The notes: generated from the sequence alone by a model not told the origin. Positions 49,883 through 59,090 are shown, numbered from the stretch's first letter. The stretch: 64,000 bases of DNA from Gemmatimonadales bacterium (GCA_036265815.1 DATAOI010000113.1:16300-80299), one strand, 5' to 3'. Numbers and translations: made by a program.

Positions 49883-49906
49883 GGGACCTCCGGAGGCGGA
49901 GCGGGG

Positions 49907-50242
49907 TCACCCGGCAGTCGAAGGACTGCTCACCGAATCTTCGATCCAGCGCAGGTACGCGGGATCGCCGTCCACGATGGCGACCGCGACGATTTCCGGG
50001 ACGTCGTACGGATGCAGCTCGCACAGCCTGGTCCGTAACGCCGGGAGCCGCGACAGCGTGGTCTTGAAATGGCAGTACCACTCAGTGGCACTGGCCACCC
50101 GGCCCTGCCACCAGTAGGTGCTGTCGATCGGCCCCTGCACCTGGCTACACGCTGCAAGCCGCGCGCCCACCAGGTCGGCCGCGATCCGCGCGGCGCTCTC
50201 CCGGTCGGGCAGGGTGGTGGTGACCTGGCAGCAGCCGGTCAT
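49907..50242 (-). CDS. cutA: Divalent-cation tolerance protein CutA
   Basis: LAACSQVQGPIDSTYWWQG...HPYDVPEIVAV matches the CutA1 pattern. Confidence 0.85.
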   Translation of the reverse strand: MTGCCQVTTTLPDRESAARIAADLVGARLAACSQVQGPIDSTYWWQGRVASATEWYCHFKTTLSRLPALRTRLCELHPYDVPEIVAVAIVDGDPAYLRWIEDSVSSPSTAG

Positions 50243-50281
50243 GTGCGGGGTGCCCCGCGTGCCGATATATTGGAGAGACCT

Positions 50282-50713
50282 TTAGTGCTTCGCCGGCCCG
50301 CCTGCCGCGGCTGCGAGGCCCGGCGTCTCGGCACCCCGCTTGCCATCCGACAGGGGATTCACCGCGGCGCGCCAGCCGCTCTTGAAGGTGATGGTCAGCC
50401 GGTACCCCAATGGGTCCGCCGATACGTTCACCACGTCGGGAAGCGTGCGGGCGTAGGCAACGGCGGCATCGGCCTGGCGCTGCAGCGCCTCAGGCGAGTC
50501 GCCCTGGGCGGCCCGGCCGAACTCACGCGAGATCGCGACCGCCTCGGCCTGTTCCCGGCCATAGCGGGCGAACTGGTCGGGTGGGACCAGCCCGGATTCG
50601 TCGCTGAGTCGCTTGTCGAGGTCGTAGGTCCGGCAGGAAGCGAGCGCCAAGAGCATCAGCAGTGTGCCCGAGCGTGCGATCATCAGGTCCTCTGCGTTCA
50701 CGAGTTTGCCCAA
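50282..50713 (-). CDS. Hypothetical lipoprotein
   Basis: LLMLLALASC carries a lipobox; 143 aa. Confidence 0.5.
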   Translation of the reverse strand: MGKLVNAEDLMIARSGTLLMLLALASCRTYDLDKRLSDESGLVPPDQFARYGREQAEAVAISREFGRAAQGDSPEALQRQADAAVAYARTLPDVVNVSADPLGYRLTITFKSGWRAAVNPLSDGKRGAETPGLAAAAGGPAKH

Positions 50714-50743
50714 GTAAAGCTACGCCCGAAGGTAACGACTCCC

Positions 50744-51481
50744 ATGCGATTTGCCACGCCCGCCGCTGCCTGCCTTCTGCTCGTCGCAGTGCCGACGCTC
50801 GCTCTTCCCGCCCCAGCCGCGGCTCAGCAGCAAGACGCAACGGTGCTCCACTGGTGGCACGGCGCGGTGGCCATCGGTGGTCTCTCGGCGCTCATGTTGT
50901 TGGATCATCCGGTGCAACGCTTTTCCCAGGATAATCGGGGCACAGGTTCGGCCAATGTCGCCAGCTTCGTGCGTCATTTCGGCCAGCCGGAAGTGTACGG
51001 GACCATGACGGCTGGTCTGATCGTGGCCGGGCTGGCGACTCACCATGATCGGGTTGCCAGGCTCGGCGCCCGCATGGGAGTGTCGCTCCTTCTGGCCGGT
51101 GCGGCCAATCAGGGTGCCAAACTGGCCTTCGGCCGGCCCAGGCCGGATCAGAGTCTGGATGCCGATGGTTACAACCCGTTCTCTGGGCAGGCGTCCATGC
51201 CGTCGGGTCACACCGCCATGGCGTTCGCCTGGGCCACCACGCTGGCGGACGAGATTCATCACCCTTTGGCCACGGTGGGCCTCTACGGCCTCGCCACGAC
51301 CGTGGGTTGGTCGAGAATCAACGACAACCGTCATTGGCTGAGCGACGTCGCCGCCGGCGCGCTGGTGGGGTTCGCTTCCGCCAAGCTGGCGTCGGGACGC
51401 TGGCGAATCTTCAATATCCGTGCTCCCGGCCTGGTGGCGACCCCAAGCGGAATGGGCCTCGGCTGGCAGGCCTCCTTCTGA
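50744..51481 (+). CDS. PAP2 superfamily phosphatase, secreted/membrane
   Basis: KLAFGRPRP (K-x6-RP), PSGH and SRINDNRHWLSD (SR-x5-H-x3-D). Start trimmed to ATG 50744 because the upstream part of the 470-aa track ORF is antisense to cutA. Confidence 0.8.
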   Translation: MRFATPAAACLLLVAVPTLALPAPAAAQQQDATVLHWWHGAVAIGGLSALMLLDHPVQRFSQDNRGTGSANVASFVRHFGQPEVYGTMTAGLIVAGLATHHDRVARLGARMGVSLLLAGAANQGAKLAFGRPRPDQSLDADGYNPFSGQASMPSGHTAMAFAWATTLADEIHHPLATVGLYGLATTVGWSRINDNRHWLSDVAAGALVGFASAKLASGRWRIFNIRAPGLVATPSGMGLGWQASF

Positions 51482-51684
51482 TAAGGTCCCAACCCGTTCG
51501 ACGACCCTCGACAACTCCTCGCTCGGAGCGACGACCCACCTGGCGCCCAAGCTCGAGCTCCGGCGCGACGGGTTCACGGGGCTGAGCCAGCCGCTCATCG
51601 GCGGTCCGGGAAAGCCTCCGGAAGGGGTGGGCAGATAGGAGGGGCGCCGGTTATTTTTCGCCTCCTCCGATCCGGGATCGCACG

Positions 51685-53313
51685 ATGAGCGGTATCTCCA
51701 ACATTCCCCAGCCCTTCAACGAGCCGGTGCTGAGCTACGCGCCGGAAAGCGCGGAGCGGTCGGCGCTCAAGAGCGCGCTCGCCGCCGTCGGCGCCGAGCG
51801 GCCGGAGATCCCCGCCGTGGTCGGCGGCCGCGAGATCCGAAGCGGGGTCACCCAGAACGTCGTCTCCCCGCACTGCCACGGGCGAGTGCTGGCCACGCTG
51901 CATCTGGCCGACCAGGCCACCATCGACGCCGCCGTCCGCTCCGCCGTCGAGGCACAGCGCGACTGGGCGCAGTGGCGCTTCGAGGATCGCGCCGCGGTCT
52001 TTCTCAAGGCTGCCGAGCTCCTCGCCACCAGCGCCCGGCAGCGGCTCAACGCCGCCACCATGCTGGGCCAGAGCAAGACGGCCTTCCAGGCGGAGATCGA
52101 CAGCGCGTGCGAGCTGATCGACTTCCTGCGATTCAACGTGCACTACGCCGAGCGGATCTACCAGGAACAGCCTGGCTCCGCGCCCGGCGTCTGGAACCGG
52201 CTGGACCACCGGCCGCTGGAAGGCTTCGTCTACGCCATCACCCCGTTCAACTTCACGGCCATCGGCGGCAATCTCCCCACCGCGCCCGCGCTCATGGGCA
52301 ACGCGGTGGTGTGGAAGCCCGCGCACAGCGCCGCGCTCAGCAACTGGCATTTCTTCACGCTGCTGGAGCAGGCCGGGCTGCCGCCCGGGGTCATCAACTT
52401 CCTGCCGGGTGAGGCGGTCGGAGTGAGCCGAGCGCTGCTGGCCAGCCCCGACCTCGCCGGGGTGCACTTCACCGGCTCGACGACGGTGTTCCAGAGCCTC
52501 TGGAAGACGATCGCCGATCATCTGGAGCGCTACCGGGCCTATCCGCGGATCGTGGGCGAGACCGGCGGGAAGGATTTCATTCTCGCCCACTCGAGTGCGG
52601 ATGCGGACGCGCTCGCCGTGGCGATGGTGCGGGGGGCGTACGAGTATCAGGGCCAGAAGTGCAGCGCGGCCTCGCGGGCGTACATTCCCGACACACTCTG
52701 GCCCGCCGTCCGCGACCGCGTGGTGGGGATGATCGATGACATCCGGATGGGCGACGTCGCCGATTTCCGGAACTTCATGGGGGCGGTGATCGACGATCGG
52801 GCCTTCACTCGGCTCCGCGATCATCTGGAGCAGGCGCGGCGAGACCCCGGCGTCCGGATCGTGGCCGGCGGCGGCACGGACGACAGCGTCGGCTGGTTCG
52901 TCCAGCCCACCCTGCTCCAGGCCGAGGATCCGGCGTACCGTCTCATGTGCGAGGAAATCTTCGGGCCGGTGCTCACGGTGCACATCTACCCCGCGGCCCG
53001 GTGGACCGAGACGCTCGGGCTGGTGGACCGGACCAGTCCCTACGCGCTCACCGGGGCCGTCTTCTCCCGCGACCGCGCCGCGCTGGCCGATGCGGACCGC
53101 GCGCTGCGGCACGCAGCGGGGAACTACTACATCAACGACAAGCCCACCGGGGCCGTGGTGGGGCAGCAGCCGTTCGGCGGCGCGCGGGCGAGTGGGACCA
53201 ACGACAAGGCGGGCTCAATCCTCAACCTGCTGCGCTGGGTGTCGCCCCGGAGCATCAAGGAGACCTTCGCGCCGGCCAAGGACTACCGCTACCCCTTCAT
53301 GCTCGAGGCCTGA
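51685..53313 (+). CDS. pruA: 1-pyrroline-5-carboxylate dehydrogenase (aldehyde dehydrogenase family)
   Basis: VGETGGKD and the catalytic YQGQKCSAAS. The length and N-terminus are typical of PruA/RocA. Confidence 0.85.
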   Translation: MSGISNIPQPFNEPVLSYAPESAERSALKSALAAVGAERPEIPAVVGGREIRSGVTQNVVSPHCHGRVLATLHLADQATIDAAVRSAVEAQRDWAQWRFEDRAAVFLKAAELLATSARQRLNAATMLGQSKTAFQAEIDSACELIDFLRFNVHYAERIYQEQPGSAPGVWNRLDHRPLEGFVYAITPFNFTAIGGNLPTAPALMGNAVVWKPAHSAALSNWHFFTLLEQAGLPPGVINFLPGEAVGVSRALLASPDLAGVHFTGSTTVFQSLWKTIADHLERYRAYPRIVGETGGKDFILAHSSADADALAVAMVRGAYEYQGQKCSAASRAYIPDTLWPAVRDRVVGMIDDIRMGDVADFRNFMGAVIDDRAFTRLRDHLEQARRDPGVRIVAGGGTDDSVGWFVQPTLLQAEDPAYRLMCEEIFGPVLTVHIYPAARWTETLGLVDRTSPYALTGAVFSRDRAALADADRALRHAAGNYYINDKPTGAVVGQQPFGGARASGTNDKAGSILNLLRWVSPRSIKETFAPAKDYRYPFMLEA

Positions 53314-53334
53314 GCGGATCGACCCCGCCCGAGC

Positions 53335-54153
53335 ATGAGGTCCATCGTGGTGCTGGCCGCGGCGGTCGCGCTTCCCGGTCCCACTGGGGTCCACCCCCTT
53401 CACCCGCCGGTCGACTTCCGCTACACCGCCGCTCAACTGCAGTGTGCCCGGTTCGAGGAGATCTCCCGGGGTCGAGTCCTGGTGGAGACCGCCGGCCGGC
53501 GCCGGCAGGAAACGGTCGGCCGCTCCGGCCGCTGGAGCCTACGCGCGAGCGACAGCGCGGCCGGGATCGCGCTGGTGGGGTGGTATGACTCGCTGTCGGT
53601 GTGGCGCGAGGGCGCGGCGGGAATGAGCATTCCCGATACCGACGGACTCCTTGGCGGGCGCTACCGTGGGGTGCTGACGCCCGCCGGCGGGTACTCCGGG
53701 CTGGCGAGCCCCTTCGTCCCGGCCGAGGTCGCCGAGGTGGTGGAGCTGGGCGGCGCGCTGCAGGATCTGCTTCCCCCCTTGCCGACCACGCCGCTCGAGG
53801 TTGGCCAGCGCTGGGCCGACACGAGCGGAGTCGAGCTCCGGCGCCTGCCGGACAGCATGGCGGCCGGCCGAGTGGTGCAGCGGCTGCACCTGCGGGCTCG
53901 TGCGGAGTCCCAGCTCGCCGCGGTTCGGGGAGACACCCTCTCAATTCCGACCCACCAGGTGACGGTGGAGGACGGGCAGCTGGACTGGGTCCCTCAGATC
54001 GGGCTGGTTCGGTGGGTACGGCACATCGTGGTGGAGAGCATCATCCCGGCGGGTGGACCAGTACCTCAACCCATCCGCTCCAAGCTGGAGCAGGACGTGA
54101 GGCTCTCCCGTCTTACGGCCCCGGCGGGCTCCCGGCCGGGGGCCTGCCCTTAG
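53335..54153 (+). CDS. Hypothetical secreted protein
   Basis: 272 aa with a signal-like N-terminus MRSIVVLAAAVALPG. No family recognised. Confidence 0.5.
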   Translation: MRSIVVLAAAVALPGPTGVHPLHPPVDFRYTAAQLQCARFEEISRGRVLVETAGRRRQETVGRSGRWSLRASDSAAGIALVGWYDSLSVWREGAAGMSIPDTDGLLGGRYRGVLTPAGGYSGLASPFVPAEVAEVVELGGALQDLLPPLPTTPLEVGQRWADTSGVELRRLPDSMAAGRVVQRLHLRARAESQLAAVRGDTLSIPTHQVTVEDGQLDWVPQIGLVRWVRHIVVESIIPAGGPVPQPIRSKLEQDVRLSRLTAPAGSRPGACP

Positions 54154-54919
54154 GATCCCGCTTGCCGACGAACCGCTGCTCCGGATCGAACAGGGCCGCG
54201 GTGAGTCCGAACGCCAGCAGCGTCGCCGCGGCGAGAACGAAGACGCCCCGGCTGGCCGTGAACTCCGCCGGCTGATGGAACGCATGCCGCATGAGATCGA
54301 CCTGGTAGGTCACCGGGTTGATCCGGGCCAGGGCGCGAAGCAGCGGGGGCATTCCGCCGGTGGGATAGAGCGCGCCGCTCACGAACAGCAAGGGAAAAAG
54401 CACCACGTTGATCACCCCGGCAAAGTTCTCCACCGAGGTGAGCCGGGCAGCCACCAGCAGCCCGAGCATGGCGCTGCTGACGGACGCGAGGAGCAGCACA
54501 CCGAATCCGGCGAGGAGCGCTGACGCGTCGGCGAGCGCCACCAGGGGGGCGAACAGCAGCACCACCGTGCCCTGGGCGATCCCGACCAGCGCCGCGGCGA
54601 GAGCCCGTCCCACCAGCACGGCGGGCACGCCGGCCGGGCTCGCCAGCATCAGCCGCAGCATCCCGAACTCGCGGTCGTAGACGGTCGCGATCGCCGTCAG
54701 CATGGCGCCGAACAGCGCCGCCATCACCACCACGCCCGGGAAGACGAACGCCTGATACGAGATGCCGCCCTCCAGCCGGGCAATCGCGTTGTAGCCTGTG
54801 CCCACCAGCAGGAGCCACATGAAGGGACGTGCCAGACCCCCGAGGAGCCGGCTGGTCTGGCGGGTGGTGCGCGCGAGGTCGCGGGCGACGATCCCGTGAA
54901 TGGCGCTCGCGGCACTCAT
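54113..54919 (-). CDS. ABC-2 type exporter permease
   Basis: 268 aa with 6 TM helices and ABC-2 topology. 4-nt overlap with the ATPase gene. Confidence 0.8.
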   Translation of the reverse strand: MSAASAIHGIVARDLARTTRQTSRLLGGLARPFMWLLLVGTGYNAIARLEGGISYQAFVFPGVVVMAALFGAMLTAIATVYDREFGMLRLMLASPAGVPAVLVGRALAAALVGIAQGTVVLLFAPLVALADASALLAGFGVLLLASVSSAMLGLLVAARLTSVENFAGVINVVLFPLLFVSGALYPTGGMPPLLRALARINPVTYQVDLMRHAFHQPAEFTASRGVFVLAAATLLAFGLTAALFDPEQRFVGKRDPKGRPPAGSPPGP

Positions 54920-55839
54920 CGGGCCACCGGCCGGGTTCGGGCGAAGTAGGCGTCCTCCAGAGTCGCCGGGCGAAGGGCCAGGCGCTCGATCCCGGGTGCC
55001 TCCATGGCGAGCGCCACCACGGCCTCGCGCTCGCCCCGGAAGCCGATCCGGAATCCTCGCTCGGTCTTCAGGAAGGTGACCACGGCGCCAAGCCCTCGGA
55101 GGGCGCGGGCCAGCCGCTCGGCGCCGGGGCCCTCCATGTCGGCGACCTCATCTCCCACGCCGGCACGGAGCACGTCCGGCGTGTCGGCCGCCACCACCTC
55201 GCCGCCGGCCAGCAGCACCACCCGGTCTGCCGGTTCGGCCTCCGCCAGGTAATGGGTGGAGAAGAGCACGGTGGTGCCGCGCTCCCGCCGCTCAGTGGCG
55301 AGAATGGTCCAGATCCGCTCGCGATGCTCGGGGTCCAGGCCGACCGTGGGCTCATCCAGGATGAGGACGTCGGGACGGTGCAGGGTGGCGCGGGCGACGT
55401 CGACCAGCCGCCGCCATCCTCCGGAGAGCTGCCGCGCCGGCTGAGCCGCTCGTTCGGCCAAGCCGGCGCGCTCCATCGCCTCGGTAACGGCCCCACGGAC
55501 GCGCGATCCCCCCAACCCCGACAGGCGAGCCGCGAAACGGAGGTTCTCCTCTACCGTCAGCAGACCGTCGATGCTGGTCTCCTGGAACACCAGCCCGAGC
55601 CGCCGGCGGACGGCGATGCGGTCACGGCGAACGTCATGGCCGAAGATGCGAGCGGCGCCGCGGCTGGGCGCGAGGATGGTGGCCAGGAGGAGCATCGCCG
55701 TGGTCTTGCCGGCGCCGTTGGGGCCCAGCAAGCCGACCAGCGCACCGGCGGGGACCACCAGGTCCAGCGCGCGCAGGGCGCGCACGCCAGCGTAATCCCG
55801 ACCCAGCCCCTCGGTCTCGATGGCCGGGGGCGTGCTCAC
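54916..55839 (-). CDS. ABC transporter ATP-binding protein (DrrA/NodI-like)
   Basis: [18 protein letters not shown] and [11 protein letters not shown]. Start trimmed to GTG 55839, which forms a GTGA overlap with the pqqE stop ([12 protein letters not shown]). Confidence 0.85.
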   Translation of the reverse strand: MSTPPAIETEGLGRDYAGVRALRALDLVVPAGALVGLLGPNGAGKTTAMLLLATILAPSRGAARIFGHDVRRDRIAVRRRLGLVFQETSIDGLLTVEENLRFAARLSGLGGSRVRGAVTEAMERAGLAERAAQPARQLSGGWRRLVDVARATLHRPDVLILDEPTVGLDPEHRERIWTILATERRERGTTVLFSTHYLAEAEPADRVVLLAGGEVVAADTPDVLRAGVGDEVADMEGPGAERLARALRGLGAVVTFLKTERGFRIGFRGEREAVVALAMEAPGIERLALRPATLEDAYFARTRPVAR

Positions 55840-56927
55840 ACCTGCTGTGGCTCGGTGGCGAGAATGCGGTAGCGGTACTCGGCGGGACGCTCGGATCCGG
55901 CGACGGCCGCGTCGATGATGCCCCGGTTGGGCGACAGGGTGCACACCGGGTCGGTGTTCGCGGCATCACCGGTCAGCGCGAAGGCCTGGCAGCGGCACCC
56001 ACCGAAATCGACCGCCTTCCGGGGGCAGGTTCGGCAGGGCTCCTTCATCCAGGAGTCTCCCCGGAACAGCTGGAAGGCGGGGGACTCCTGCCAGATCCAG
56101 TGCAACGAGCGATCGCGCACGTTGTCGAAGGTGAGGGAAGTGATCTGGGTGGCACCGTGGCAGGGCAGGACCCGGCCATCCGGGGAGACCACCAGGTAGA
56201 GCTTGCCCCAGCCGCCGTAGCACGCCTTGGGAAAGCGCTCGAAGTAGTCCGGCAGCACGAAGATGATCTGCATCCGGCCGCGGTAGCGCTGGATGGCCTC
56301 CTCGGCGATCACCTGGGCCCGGGCCACCTGGTCGCGAGTCGGCATGAGCGCGGCGCGGTTCTCCAGCCCCCAGCCGTAATACTGGGTGTTGGCCAGCTCC
56401 AGGCGGTCGGCGCCCAGGCTCGCGGCCAGCTCGATGATCTCGCCGATGCGGTCGAGATTGGCACGGTGGAGGACGACGTTGACCGAGAAGGCGAAGCCGA
56501 ACTCCTGCACCAGCGCGACCGCTGCGCGCTTCTGCTTGACCGAGCTGACGCCTGCGATCCGCTCGGCGCTCTCGGGGTCGACGTCCTGGATGGAGATCTG
56601 GATGTGCTCCAGCCCGGCATCCCGCAGCCGCTCGGCGCGCACCCGGGTCAGGCCCAGCCCCGAGGTGACCAGCGTGGTGTAGAGGCCCGCCTGGCGCGCG
56701 TGGGTGGCGAGCTCCTCCAGGTCCTTACGGATGAGCGGCTCTCCCCCCGAGAGCCCCAGCTGGAGCACGCCGAGCTCGCGGGCTTCGGTGAAGACCCGCT
56801 TCCAGTCCTCGGTGCGGAGCTCCCCCTCGGCCCGAATCAGGTCCAGCGGGTTGGAGCAGTACGGGCAGCGCAGGGGACAGCGGTGCGTGAGCTCCGCGAG
56901 CAGGGTGGTAGGATGGTCAGGCGTCAC
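55836..56927 (-). CDS. pqqE: PQQ biosynthesis radical SAM/SPASM enzyme PqqE
   Basis: LLAELTHRCPLRCPYCSNP (CxxxCxxC) and a C-terminal Cys-rich SPASM region. Confidence 0.9.
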   Translation of the reverse strand: MTPDHPTTLLAELTHRCPLRCPYCSNPLDLIRAEGELRTEDWKRVFTEARELGVLQLGLSGGEPLIRKDLEELATHARQAGLYTTLVTSGLGLTRVRAERLRDAGLEHIQISIQDVDPESAERIAGVSSVKQKRAAVALVQEFGFAFSVNVVLHRANLDRIGEIIELAASLGADRLELANTQYYGWGLENRAALMPTRDQVARAQVIAEEAIQRYRGRMQIIFVLPDYFERFPKACYGGWGKLYLVVSPDGRVLPCHGATQITSLTFDNVRDRSLHWIWQESPAFQLFRGDSWMKEPCRTCPRKAVDFGGCRCQAFALTGDAANTDPVCTLSPNRGIIDAAVAGSERPAEYRYRILATEPQQV

Positions 56928-57186
56928 GGATCAGCTCCCTTCGCTCCAGATACGACAGGTAGTCGGCCACATCCGCAGACACGTCCGCCTGGTAGCGCTC
57001 CCCCAGAATGGTCGCGATCTCTCCCACCGTGCGCTTGCCGTCGACCAGCTTGAGCACGGCCTCACCGGTCTGGTTCAGGAGCACGGCCCCTTCGGGGTAG
57101 AGCAGGACCGGGCGGCCCCGGACGGTGTCGAAATCCAACCGGGCCAGGCGCCAGAGGCGGGGGACGGAGTCGCTGGTCAGTGACAC
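56917..57186 (-). CDS. pqqD: PQQ biosynthesis peptide chaperone PqqD
   Basis: RLARLDFDTVRGRPVLLYPEGAVLLNQTGEAVLKLVDGKRTVGEI. Start trimmed to GTG 57186, 2 nt after the pqqC stop. Confidence 0.85.
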   Translation of the reverse strand: MSLTSDSVPRLWRLARLDFDTVRGRPVLLYPEGAVLLNQTGEAVLKLVDGKRTVGEIATILGERYQADVSADVADYLSYLERRELIRDA

Positions 57187-57188
57187 CG

Positions 57189-57941
57189 CTACCCCTCGAG
57201 ATAGGCGTTGTGAATGGTATCGATCATCGCCCACAGCATCTCGAGCTTGAACGCGAGCGCCTCGAACACCTTGCGCTGCCGCTCCGGGGTGGTGGCCCAC
57301 TGCTTCACGACACGAAGTCCGTGGCTCACGTCGCGCGGGGCCTGCACCAGACGGCTCTTGAAGTAGTCGAGCGCCTCCGGCGGGATCCAGGGGTAGTGCA
57401 CGGGGAACGACTGGATTCGCTGCTGATGGATCTTGGGCGCGAACAGCTCGGTCAAGGACGACGCCACCGCTTCCTGCCACGGCCGGCTCTTGCAGAAGGT
57501 CACGTACGACTCGCAGATGAGCCGCACAGCCGGCAACACGTGCCGCTCGTCTTCCATCTCCTCGCGCGGCACTCCCAGCGACACGCCCAGCCGTATCCAG
57601 AGCTCGATGCCACCGGTGCCCGGCTCCGTGCCGTCGTGGTCGACAATCCGCTGGATCCACTCCCGGCGCACCTGGGGGTCCGGACAGTTCGACAGAATGG
57701 CCGCATCCTTCCGGGGCACCACCCGCTGGTAGGCCAGCCGGTTGGCCACCCAGCCCTGGAATTGGCGCTGGGTCAGCCGCCCCTGGTACATCAGCTGGTG
57801 AAAGGGGTGCTCGACGTAGTACGAGCCGTTGAACGACCGGAGCGCGTCCTCCAGTTCGCCCGGATCGAGCGCCCGCTCCAGCGAGGGGAACGGCGGTGCC
57901 GGCGGTGTGGCGAGCTTGGAGGCAAGCAGGGTGGTCGTCAT
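57189..57941 (-). CDS. pqqC: Pyrroloquinoline-quinone synthase PqqC
   Basis: YYVEHPFHQLMYQGRLTQRQFQGWVANRLAYQ matches the PqqC pattern. Confidence 0.9.
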   Translation of the reverse strand: MTTTLLASKLATPPAPPFPSLERALDPGELEDALRSFNGSYYVEHPFHQLMYQGRLTQRQFQGWVANRLAYQRVVPRKDAAILSNCPDPQVRREWIQRIVDHDGTEPGTGGIELWIRLGVSLGVPREEMEDERHVLPAVRLICESYVTFCKSRPWQEAVASSLTELFAPKIHQQRIQSFPVHYPWIPPEALDYFKSRLVQAPRDVSHGLRVVKQWATTPERQRKVFEALAFKLEMLWAMIDTIHNAYLEG

Positions 57942-57952
57942 GGCGGCCCGGG

Positions 57953-58855
57953 TCAGAGGGTGAACCTCATGCCGTCGGCCCCCACCAGCCAGCCGCGGCG
58001 CTCCACCAGGGCCCGCTCTGGACCATCCTCCAGGAGCATGGGGTTGGTGTTGTTGATGTGGGTGTACACCCGACGGCCGGGCAGCGCGGCCAGGCGCTCC
58101 AGGCTTCCATCGGGGCCGGACACCGGCAGGTGATCCATCTGGCGGGCGGTTCGCTCTCCTATACTCAGCCGGATCAGCTCGTCGTCGGTCCAGAAGGTAC
58201 CATCGAAGAGGACCAGGTCGGCGGCGGCGAGGCGCTTCACCAGGGAATCGTCGAGCCCGCCGCAGCCCGGGACGAAGGCACAGGAGGCGCCACTGGCCAG
58301 ATCGCTCAGCACCAGGCCCACCGTATGCCCCGGCAGCTCCTCCCGGGCAAAGCGCGGAGGGCCGGCGGGCACCTCGAAGCTGGACACGGCGAGCCCGCTG
58401 TCGCCGCCGTCACGGTAGCACAGGGCCATGGCGCCCTCGGAGGGCAGATCGGTCACCCGCACCTCGGCGAAGGCCCGGGTGACCGGAAGGAGGCGCGAAT
58501 CGGCCTCCAATACCTGGCGAACCGCGTGGGTTGCGCATACCTGCAGCTGTCTCGCCTCTCGGAGCAGTACGATCCCCAGGGAATGGTCCAGCTCCGCGTC
58601 GGTCAGTACGATGCCCTCGACCGGCGCGTGCCGCACGCCGGTCGGTCGGGCCGGCAGACGGGCAAGCTGCGCGTGGACGTCGGGCGAGGCGTTGAGCAAG
58701 AACCAGCGCTCCCCGTCCACGCTCACCGCCGCAGACGATTGCGACCGCGGGTGCGCGCGATGCGGCTCCGCCCGCGCCACACGACAGGACGGGCACCAAC
58801 AGTTCCATTGGGGAAAGCCGCCGCCCGCGGCGGTACCGAGGAGGATGACCTGCAC
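57953..58855 (-). CDS. pqqB: PQQ biosynthesis protein PqqB (metallo-beta-lactamase fold)
   Basis: ILLGTAAGGGFPQWNCWCPSC N-terminal signature. GTG start at 58855. Confidence 0.9.
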   Translation of the reverse strand: MQVILLGTAAGGGFPQWNCWCPSCRVARAEPHRAHPRSQSSAAVSVDGERWFLLNASPDVHAQLARLPARPTGVRHAPVEGIVLTDAELDHSLGIVLLREARQLQVCATHAVRQVLEADSRLLPVTRAFAEVRVTDLPSEGAMALCYRDGGDSGLAVSSFEVPAGPPRFAREELPGHTVGLVLSDLASGASCAFVPGCGGLDDSLVKRLAAADLVLFDGTFWTDDELIRLSIGERTARQMDHLPVSGPDGSLERLAALPGRRVYTHINNTNPMLLEDGPERALVERRGWLVGADGMRFTL

Positions 58856-58868
58856 CTGAAAACACCGA

Positions 58869-58890
58869 GGGGCTCGCTTTCGCGAGCCCC
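58869..58890 (-). terminator. pqqA-pqqB intergenic hairpin (attenuator or RNA-stabilising element)
   Basis: Minus-strand RNA GGGGCUCGC-GAAA-GCGAGCCCC forms a 9-bp perfect stem with a GNRA loop, followed by UCGGUGUUUUCAG and then the pqqB GTG. Confidence 0.5.
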
Positions 58891-58909
58891 CCGAAGTCAG
58901 TGCTGCGGT

Positions 58910-58984
58910 TTAGAGCGTCGCGACGTAGGCGGTCACTTCCATCGTGACGGCCACGACTTCAGCTTCGGGCTTGGTCCACTTCAT
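58910..58984 (-). CDS. pqqA: PQQ precursor peptide PqqA
   Basis: 24 aa, MKWTKPEAEVVAVTMEVTAYVATL, with the conserved E-x3-Y (EVTAY). GGAGGA lies 6 nt upstream of the ATG. It is embedded in a longer spurious track ORF. Confidence 0.85.
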   Translation of the reverse strand: MKWTKPEAEVVAVTMEVTAYVATL

Positions 58985-59037
58985 CAGTTCCTCCGTGGTG
59001 TGATGGGTTGGGCCGGGTCGGCCCCGCGTTTCTGCTG

Positions 59038-59053
59038 TGGGTGATTCCACCCA
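59038..59053. promoter_or_regulatory. Palindrome copy 2: TGGGTG-ATTC-CACCCA
   Basis: 14/16 identical to the core of the palindrome at 59225-59240. It lies between the sigma-54-type promoter and the pqqA ATG. Confidence 0.4.
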
Positions 59054-59090
59054 GCCGGGCCCTTCACTGACCCGACGACGCCCTCCACTA

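Noticed and set aside
49883-49906. M-box (Mg) riboswitch upstream of mgtE
   Set aside because: Only 24 nt separate mgtE from cutA, so there is no room for an M-box. mgtE is probably co-transcribed with cutA.
48315-50081. 588-aa minus-strand ORF spanning mgtE and cutA
   Set aside because: It is an alternative frame of the same strand as mgtE/cutA, extremely Arg/Gly/Pro-rich. The other frame gives textbook MgtE and CutA sequences.
51595-53112. 505-aa minus-strand ORF
   Set aside because: It is antisense to pruA, which has clear aldehyde dehydrogenase catalytic motifs. It is a shadow ORF.
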